A DNA stretch of 64,000 nt from Dehalococcoidia bacterium (GTDB lineage: Bacteria; Chloroflexota; Dehalococcoidia; Lucifugimonadales; UBA3495), in NCBI GenBank assembly GCA_965116565.1, contig OZ220699.1, positions 57,837 to 121,836 of the forward strand. Direction: 5' to 3'. Made by a program: the position numbers and the translations under genes. Below the pieces are notes generated by a model. That model was given only the letters and a program-made list of their open reading frames with translations. It had not been told where the DNA came from and made no database searches. Shown here piece by piece: positions 57,739 through 64,000 of this stretch (positions within the stretch are counted from its first letter, which is position 1; each line of letters starts with the position of its first letter).

Positions 57739-58758
57739 CTACCCCACCCGGTACGCCCGCGCCGCGCAGCCGTGGAACATGTCGGCCCGCTCGTCGGCCG
57801 AGAAGTCCGCCGACATGCGCTTGAACGCGTTCCACATGACACAGTACGAGAACGACTCCTTGTCCACCGGGAAGTTGCTCTCGAACATGCACCGGCTGGG
57901 CCCGAACTGCTCGATGCAGTGCCGCATCACCGGATCAATCGCCGCCGCCAGCTCCTCGGAGCCCACCGGCGTCTCCCGCTCGTGGAAATCGTAGCCCAGA
58001 CGGGGCATCCCGACACCGCCCAGCTTGATCACCACGTTGGGACACTGCGCCGCCGCCGCAATCCCGCCGCGCCAGTTGGCCATCACCTCGTCGGGGTTGG
58101 CGGCATACGGGCCGGTGCGCATCAATCCGCCCACGTGGTTCAGCACGATGGTCAGGTCGGGCACAGCGTTGGCAAAGTCCACCAACTGCGGAAGCTGCGG
58201 GTGCAGCAGCGATACGTCCAGCGACAGGCCCATCTCGGCCAGCACCCTGGCGCCGGCCCGGTATTCGTCGCTCAGCAGTTGGTCGGGCATGGGATACGCG
58301 CCGACGATGGGTATCTCAGGATTCGGGTCCCAGCTGACGCCGTGGCGGATGCCCTTGAACCGGTTGGGGCTGGCCGACTGCAACGCCTCCAGCACGCGCC
58401 GCACCTCGGTTCCCAGGTGCAGGTTGGCGTGGCCCACGATTCCGTGGGCCGCCTTGGTCCGGCTGTAAATTCCGCTGGCCGACTGGGCGGCGATGCCCTG
58501 TACGAACTCCACCTCGCCCACGGGCCGCAGCTCCATGGGCGGGTCGGCGCGATACATGGCCCGCGCCTCGATGAACACGGTGGAGACGATGTTGTGCCCG
58601 CTGCCGGTGTCGGCCTCCAACTCGTCCAGGAAATAGCGCGGCTCCACCCGGTCGGTGCGCCCGTCCCACAGGTGATGGTGAGGGTCGCAGATGGGCAGGT
58701 CCGGCTCCAGGGCAGGTTCAACGGTTTTGGCCAGCCAGTCATTGATGGGAGCAGCCAT
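57739..58758 (-). CDS. Amidohydrolase_2 family protein
   Basis: ICDPHHHLW, TVFIE, GEVEF, GIRH, LNHVGG, IKLGG, FG..RCMFESNFPVD. Confidence 0.9.
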   Translation of the reverse strand: MAAPINDWLAKTVEPALEPDLPICDPHHHLWDGRTDRVEPRYFLDELEADTGSGHNIVSTVFIEARAMYRADPPMELRPVGEVEFVQGIAAQSASGIYSRTKAAHGIVGHANLHLGTEVRRVLEALQSASPNRFKGIRHGVSWDPNPEIPIVGAYPMPDQLLSDEYRAGARVLAEMGLSLDVSLLHPQLPQLVDFANAVPDLTIVLNHVGGLMRTGPYAANPDEVMANWRGGIAAAAQCPNVVIKLGGVGMPRLGYDFHERETPVGSEELAAAIDPVMRHCIEQFGPSRCMFESNFPVDKESFSYCVMWNAFKRMSADFSADERADMFHGCAARAYRVG

Positions 58759-58799
58759 TTGCGCACCTCCTCCGGGCGCCGCAGCGCGTGTGTCGAAAA

Positions 58800-58838
58800 T
58801 CCCCTCTCCTATGGCGGGAGAGAGTAGGGGTGAGGGGG
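58800..58838 (+). repeat. ccctctcc...gggagag...gggtgaggg repeat copy
   Basis: Same family as the second half of the 86-bp repeats at 6643 and 7208. Confidence 0.6.
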
Positions 58839-58840
58839 AT

Positions 58841-59215
58841 TTATTCGCTGTCCAAGAGCGCCAGCAGTTGGTTTACGAAGTAATGCACTGCGGGACGTTC
58901 GCTTTCGACCTCGTAGTCCTCCAGGTGGTCGTGGAAGAAGTTCTCGTGGAACCGATTGGCAGCAGAGTATCCTCCTATGAGGAGAGGCTCGTTGTATTCA
59001 CGCGCCAGCGCGTCCACCGCCTGCTGCATGGCCCGGTGGCTCTTGTATCGCCAGCCTCGCTGCTGGCACAACGCTATGATCGCCTGCGTCGCCGCGCCGT
59101 ATAACTTTTCCGAGCCCTGCAGGTGGTCCCCGGCTGCGAACTCACGGTCGGAGGCCACCAGAAAGTCCCGCGCGGTTTGCGCGTGTTCGGCAGCGTTCAT
59201 CTCCTTGCTTGCCAT
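58841..59215 (-). CDS. PaREP1/HEPN-like small protein
   Basis: A..FL..SD.EF..GD..QGSEKLYGAA.QA, SH..M, AN.FH.NFFH; start MASKEM at 59215. Confidence 0.75.
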   Translation of the reverse strand: MASKEMNAAEHAQTARDFLVASDREFAAGDHLQGSEKLYGAATQAIIALCQQRGWRYKSHRAMQQAVDALAREYNEPLLIGGYSAANRFHENFFHDHLEDYEVESERPAVHYFVNQLLALLDSE

Positions 59216-59226
59216 GCGATCCCCGG

Positions 59227-60252
59227 CTAGCTCTCGTCCACCGCGTACACGCGCACTGCCGTGTCGTGGAACATGGCCGCGCGCTCGCTGGCCGAGTATC
59301 CCACCGACAGCCGCTTGAAGGCGTTGTACATCACGTTGTACGAGTAGGAAACTTTGTCCACCGGGAAGTTGCTCTCGAACATGCACCGGTCCGGCCCGAA
59401 CTGCTCGATGCAGTAGTTGACCAGCGGCGCCATGTCGTTGGCCAGCTCCTCGGAACTCGCGGGGATGTCCCGCAGGTGCCAGTCGAACCCCGTCCGGGGC
59501 ATTCCGATGCCGCCCAGCTTGATCACCACGTTGGGGCACTCCGCCGCCGCCGCGATGCCCTGTCGCCAAGTAGCCAGCGTCTCCTCACTGTTAGAGTAGG
59601 GACCGACGCGCAGCAGCCCACCGATGTGGTTCAGGATGATGGTCAGGTCGGGCACGGCCTTTGCGAACTCCGCCAGTTCGAACATCTGCGGGAAGTACAT
59701 CCAGCCTTCCAGCGTCAGGCCCATGCTGGCCAGCACGCGGGCGCCGGCGCGGAAGTTGTCGCTGGACATCTGGTTCGGCATATTGTGCGCCGCCGTGTTC
59801 TCCACCTCCGGATGCGGGTCCCACGTGACCGAATGTCGGATACCGCGGAACCGGTTCGGGCTCGCCGCCTGCAACGCCTCCAACACCGGCTTGACGCCGT
59901 CGCCCAGGTTCAGGTTGGCGTGGCCCACGATGGACGCAGCGGCGCGCCCGGATCCATACAGCCCGCTGGACGATGCCGCCGCCAGGCCCTGCACGAACTC
60001 CACCTCGCCCACGGGCCGCATCTCCTCGGGCCCGGTGGTGCGGTACATTGACCGCGCCTCGACGAAGACTGTGGAAGTCACGTTGTGCCCGCTGTTCATG
60101 TCCGCTGCCAGCTCGTGCAGCAGGTAACGCTGGTAGGGGATCCGCTCGGTGCGGTAGTCCCAGAAGTGGTGGTGCGGGTCGCAGATGGGTATCTCGGGTT
60201 CCAGCGGCTCCTCCTGCCGGAGCGCGTGCCAGTCATTGCCTCCGAATGGCAT
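59227..60252 (-). CDS. Amidohydrolase_2 family protein (tandem paralogue)
   Basis: Same motifs as 57739..58758; start MPFGGNDW with GGAGG SD. Confidence 0.9.
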   Translation of the reverse strand: MPFGGNDWHALRQEEPLEPEIPICDPHHHFWDYRTERIPYQRYLLHELAADMNSGHNVTSTVFVEARSMYRTTGPEEMRPVGEVEFVQGLAAASSSGLYGSGRAAASIVGHANLNLGDGVKPVLEALQAASPNRFRGIRHSVTWDPHPEVENTAAHNMPNQMSSDNFRAGARVLASMGLTLEGWMYFPQMFELAEFAKAVPDLTIILNHIGGLLRVGPYSNSEETLATWRQGIAAAAECPNVVIKLGGIGMPRTGFDWHLRDIPASSEELANDMAPLVNYCIEQFGPDRCMFESNFPVDKVSYSYNVMYNAFKRLSVGYSASERAAMFHDTAVRVYAVDES

Positions 60253-60377
60253 ATTCGGACCTCCTGTGTTCGGTGCTTGTGTGCGATAGAAATGCGCCGG
60301 CGCCAACGGAAAAACCGTACGACCGCCGACGCCGGAATCATAACACAGGGGCAGCGCAGGCCCTCACGCCGGAATGA

Positions 60378-60409
60378 TCCGCTCGACCTCCAGCGCGATG
60401 TCGAGCGGA
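60378..60409. terminator. Hairpin downstream of vapC
   Basis: tccgctcgac ... gtcgagcgga 10-bp stem; no clear U-tract. Confidence 0.4.
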
Positions 60410-60434
60410 GTATTTGACGCCCAGTGCGTGTTTT

Positions 60435-60860
60435 TCACGCTGCCGCGAAATCCGCCAGCATAACTACCCTGCCGGCGTGTTCGGTTCCGACTACTTTGCC
60501 GGCAAACCTGTCGTCGGCGGTTACGAGGATGCCATCCACGTGATGAGCAAGCGCCAGATATATGCAGTCGTAAATCGGATGATTTAGATCGCCGGCGAAA
60601 CGCAGGGCATCAGCGGCCAGCACTTCATCGTTAGCCCAATTCAGAGTCATGCCCAGCACCGACTCTAACAACACGGGCGCTTCGTCAGTCGCCAATATGC
60701 CGGAACGCACCTTGCTCCATAAAGCGTTTCCCAGTTCTGCGCCCAGCAAGCGGGGAACGTGCAGGTCGTGTCCGCCAGACAGTAGTTGCCTGGCTTTTTC
60801 GAAATCTTCTTCTACGACCACCCACTTGAACGCAACACTGGCATCAGTTACGAGAATCAT
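60435..60860 (-). CDS. vapC: VapC-family PIN toxin
   Basis: LV.DASVA.KW...E, P.L...E..NALW, IYDC.YLALA, LVTAD. Confidence 0.88.
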   Translation of the reverse strand: MILVTDASVAFKWVVVEEDFEKARQLLSGGHDLHVPRLLGAELGNALWSKVRSGILATDEAPVLLESVLGMTLNWANDEVLAADALRFAGDLNHPIYDCIYLALAHHVDGILVTADDRFAGKVVGTEHAGRVVMLADFAAA

Positions 60861-61161
60861 CGAGACCCCACGGGTCATACAGCCGCCCGTGGTCGCTGTC
60901 ACGGTCCTCGCGGATTATCAACCAACCTGGCTTGTCATCGACGTTGCCCAAGCTCAGCCGCTCTCGTTGCTTCTGCAAAAGCGGTTCTACTTTTTCGAGA
61001 AATTCTTTCAACCGCGCTTCTTGGTCCTCTGGGTCCGGCCCAATCTCCCGCTTCAATATGTGGACAACCTCATCCTCCACCGACCGCCCGTGGATGGCAG
61101 CCCGTTTCTCGAGACGCTCCAGGGATTCTTTCGACAGTCCCGATATGGTGATGCTGGCCAC
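60844..61161 (-). CDS. FitA-like ribbon-helix-helix antitoxin
   Basis: GTG start after GGAGG; ASITISGL......L..RA..HGRS.E.EV..IL; IIREDRD tail; overlaps vapC. Confidence 0.8.
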   Translation of the reverse strand: MASITISGLSKESLERLEKRAAIHGRSVEDEVVHILKREIGPDPEDQEARLKEFLEKVEPLLQKQRERLSLGNVDDKPGWLIIREDRDSDHGRLYDPWGLDDSRN

Positions 61162-61253
61162 GATGCCCTCCATGCTGATCCGTGGGGTTATGATAGCATG
61201 ACCCCGTTTCCCTCCCTGTGCAAACCCAACTGTCAACCCGTGCGAGCAACCCC

Positions 61254-62327
61254 ATGACCACCCCCACCCCACGCACGTCGCATCCCTACCGGATGTACGA
61301 CGCCATCGCGTCCCAGCCCGACGCCATCGCATCCGTCATCGCAACCCAACGTGAGCAGTGCGCCGAGGTCGGCCGGACGCTGGCCGGCAAGCGCCGCATC
61401 CACGTCGTCGGCATCGGCACGTCGTGGCACGCCGCGCTGGTTGGCACGTCCATCATGACCGATGGTCCCGAGACCTTCGCCCACAACTCCTTCGAGTTCT
61501 GCACCGCGACTCCGTCGGTATCCCCCGACGACGGCGTCATCGTTATCAGCCACCGCGGCACCAAGCGCTCGTCCTACGACGCCCTGGATCTGGCGGTTGC
61601 CGCCGGCGCATACACCGTGGCCATCACGTCCACCGACCCGGGCCCGCGCATCCAGATGGCCGACGATGGCATTCGCACCGTGTCGCAGGAAACCTCCTCC
61701 GCCTTCACCGTGAGCTACACCACCGCCCTCACCACGCTGGCCATGCTGAACCTGGCCATGGCCGGAGGATTGGCCGATTCTGGCAACGGATTGGCCGAAC
61801 TCCCCCAGCAGGTCGCACAAATCCTCGCCGCCGAGGACGACGTGAAAGCCGTGGTCGCCGAGCACCAGGACAAGCGTCGGTTCATCTCCGCTGCGTGGGG
61901 AGCCAACACCGCCAACGCCTACGAGGTCGCCCTCAAAATCAAGGAGACCAGCCGCGCCGACTGCGAGGGCTTCCAGATCGAGCAGCTATTGCACGGCCCC
62001 TTTTGTTCTCTCGACCCCGACTGCCTGCTGACGCTCATCGCCGCGCCCGGCGACGACCGGGGCCGCGCCCTGGACCTGACCAACGCCGCCGTCGCGTTGG
62101 GCGCTCCGGCGTGGGCCCTCAGCAACCGCCCCGACGACGGGCTGAAGGATGCGGGCGCCGGCGTATTCCAGTTGCCCGACACGCCAGCGTATCTCACGCC
62201 CATCGCCAGCGTCGTACCCCTGCAGCTGTTCACCTACCACCTGGCGCTGGCGCGCGGGACGCATCCCGATCTGTTCCAGCAGGATGTTCCCGGCCAGGCC
62301 GCCGCCCGCGTTCACTACGACCTGTAA
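61254..62327 (+). CDS. Double SIS-domain sugar-phosphate isomerase/deaminase (GlmS/AgaS-like)
   Basis: M...I..QP, GIGTSWHAA, ISH.G, T.SYT, E.ALKIKE, HGP, PLQL....LA..RG..PD. Confidence 0.88.
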   Translation: MTTPTPRTSHPYRMYDAIASQPDAIASVIATQREQCAEVGRTLAGKRRIHVVGIGTSWHAALVGTSIMTDGPETFAHNSFEFCTATPSVSPDDGVIVISHRGTKRSSYDALDLAVAAGAYTVAITSTDPGPRIQMADDGIRTVSQETSSAFTVSYTTALTTLAMLNLAMAGGLADSGNGLAELPQQVAQILAAEDDVKAVVAEHQDKRRFISAAWGANTANAYEVALKIKETSRADCEGFQIEQLLHGPFCSLDPDCLLTLIAAPGDDRGRALDLTNAAVALGAPAWALSNRPDDGLKDAGAGVFQLPDTPAYLTPIASVVPLQLFTYHLALARGTHPDLFQQDVPGQAAARVHYDL

Positions 62328-62342
62328 TCCGAGAGCCAACAC

Positions 62343-62371
62343 GTAGTGGCGGGTTTCAAACCAGCCACTAC
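62343..62371. repeat. GTAG...CTAC REP-like palindrome
   Basis: gtagtggcgggtttcaaaccagccactac. Confidence 0.7.
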
Positions 62372-62398
62372 CTCACCCGAATGCGAGGAGAACCAACC

Positions 62399-62773
62399 AT
62401 GTCCACCAACCAAGACGCGCAACGCCTGATCGAAGAAGCCGCCCAGACCCGCGGCTACACCCTGGAGATGCACCGCATCAACGCCCTGGCCGACCCCGAG
62501 TGGACGCAGAAGTACGGCGAGTTCATCGAGGCCACCTACACCGGCCAGCGCCTCCTGGACCGCAAGACCAAGGAGCTATTGCAGATCGTCGTGGAGGTCG
62601 CCCTGCGCGCAGATCAGGAACAGATCCAGGCCCATATGCGGGTCGCCCTAGCCGAGGGGGCGACGCCCCGCGAGATCCTGGAGGCCATGCAGGCGGTGAT
62701 CGCCCCCATGGGCGCGCTGGCGTTCCGCAGGGGCGTGCAGGCGTGGGCCGCGGAGACGGGGTTTGAGTACTGA
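62399..62773 (+). CDS. Carboxymuconolactone decarboxylase/AhpD-like protein
   Basis: LDRKTKELL.I......., H...AL..GAT..EI.EA. Confidence 0.85.
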   Translation: MSTNQDAQRLIEEAAQTRGYTLEMHRINALADPEWTQKYGEFIEATYTGQRLLDRKTKELLQIVVEVALRADQEQIQAHMRVALAEGATPREILEAMQAVIAPMGALAFRRGVQAWAAETGFEY

Positions 62774-62786
62774 AGGAGTTCCAGCA

Positions 62787-64000
62787 TTGGATACCGACGC
62801 ATACGGGCTATTCACCGAATTTCATCGTATTTTCGTCCGAGGCGTGAGACAGGCACTACGCGATCGGCTCCAGTCAGCCTATGAACATGACTGGTTTCAC
62901 CGCGGCGTGTTGCCTGCTGTTTCTGAAGCACAACGGGCTCAACTCGAAATTTCCTTGGAAAAATCAGCCTGCGAAGATCGGGCACCTTTGATGGATGTTC
63001 GGCATTTCGGACGGATTGTTAGGTGGAATCACGCTGCGGTTTTTTCGGATGCCTTTCCAGAGATAGATCATGCGCTGGGACGATTTCGCTTCTTGGTTGC
63101 GATGAGGAACGAATGGGCACACATACCGGCGGACGATTTGTCGATGGACCGAGTCGTTTCAGCCATTTTGACTATGCAAGGTATTTTGGTTGCGTTACGT
63201 TGTCGCGAGGCATTGGAAGTAGCAAGACTCATGAACGAAAGAGACCTTAGTCAGTCAAATTCTTCGTCGCTTGATCAGGTACTTATGGAGGTTGAGTCCC
63301 CAGAAGACGAACCCGTAGATGGACCTCCCTCTGACAAGTTCGCAACCTCCTCTCTAGGGTTATGGCATACGTTGCAAAGTTATCTGGTAACAGAAGCATT
63401 CATGGTACCCGCGGAATCCGCGGATGACCCTAGCGACCCATTAGACGCCGAGGTTCTAGTGACCGTTCGAGTGACCAACATCGCACCTGCAAGCGCAGAT
63501 CGACCTGTGATCAAATTCCAAAACGTCAACCTCTCGGTCAAACCCGATAGACGAGGCAACAACCGGGCAGAATTAGGAGAATTGGTCCCAGGCCAGATGG
63601 TCGAACGGCAGTACTCGTTCCACGCGAAAGAGGTCGCTCAGTTTGAATATCGCGTCGACGGGAGAGTAGACACACAAAGTTTCTTCGGTATTCACCAGAA
63701 TGGCACTTTGCCGATCGGGATTATTAGGCAAGTTCTCCACGAATTCAGCGATCGGTTTGATGGCATCGGGATCCACGAACCGCTTGACCAGGCAGTGGCG
63801 TCCCTGACAGCGGTTAATCCAGCAATGACGCTGGCTGACGCTGCTCGGGTTCGCAATGAGTTAGAACAAGTCGCGACTCTTATGGAGGAAAAGCGAACCG
63901 CTCTGGGAGATTTGTCCGGAGAATTCTTCCTCGGCCGCGAATCTTCGCTTGGGTCTCAAGTCCGAGAGGTAAGCGTGCTTCTTGCAGGACTCGGAGAGAG
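62787..64000 (+). CDS. Swt1-like HEPN domain protein with an Ig-like middle domain (partial, runs off window)
   Basis: TTG at 62787 after AAGGAG; frame read by hand open to 64000; MDV.HF.RIV..N...F...F......RNEWAH (R-x4-H); not in ORF track. Confidence 0.7.
   Translation, partial: MDTDAYGLFTEFHRIFVRGVRQALRDRLQSAYEHDWFHRGVLPAVSEAQRAQLEISLEKSACEDRAPLMDVRHFGRIVRWNHAAVFSDAFPEIDHALGRFRFLVAMRNEWAHIPADDLSMDRVVSAILTMQGILVALRCREALEVARLMNERDLSQSNSSSLDQVLMEVESPEDEPVDGPPSDKFATSSLGLWHTLQSYLVTEAFMVPAESADDPSDPLDAEVLVTVRVTNIAPASADRPVIKFQNVNLSVKPDRRGNNRAELGELVPGQMVERQYSFHAKEVAQFEYRVDGRVDTQSFFGIHQNGTLPIGIIRQVLHEFSDRFDGIGIHEPLDQAVASLTAVNPAMTLADAARVRNELEQVATLMEEKRTALGDLSGEFFLGRESSLGSQVREVSVLLAGLGE

Noticed and set aside
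58841-59569. 242-aa ORF as given in the track
   Set aside because: The first half overlaps the amidohydrolase in another frame; only the part from 59215 looks coding.

Overview
High-GC bacterial window. The gene content (many LLM, CaiB, amidohydrolase, NHL, ASST and Fn3/Ig surface proteins, plus Uma2/HEPN/PIN mini-genes) suggests Chloroflexota, probably Dehalococcoidia/SAR202 and possibly host-associated; this is inference, since no rRNA or marker gene is present. From left to right: two large secreted Fn3/Ig-like surface proteins (the first runs off the window); a 1.2 kb repeat-dense non-coding region holding a sigma70 promoter with a LexA-type box between 86-bp direct repeats; a DUF1800-NHL-DUF1501 operon; an orphan HicB and a type II R-M-like pair; GMC, CYTH, RmlD-like, Uma2, ASST, SWIM-finger and Asp/Glu-racemase-fold genes; a urtABCDE-glnA-ureABCFGD nitrogen operon preceded by six 11-bp-phased GlnR-like boxes; a catabolic block (DUF35/thiolase-like, ComDE-like, CoA transferases, RidA, FMN oxidase-SHOCT, LLMs); a UGSC-type selenoprotein split at an in-frame UGA with a SECIS-like hairpin, next to its partner gene; IS256, IS1380, phage-like and MTase remnants; tandem amidohydrolases, VapBC, SIS and CMD genes; and a Swt1-like HEPN protein missing from the ORF track at the right edge. 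No tRNA, rRNA or CRISPR array was seen. All family calls come from motif recognition by eye, not from database searches.
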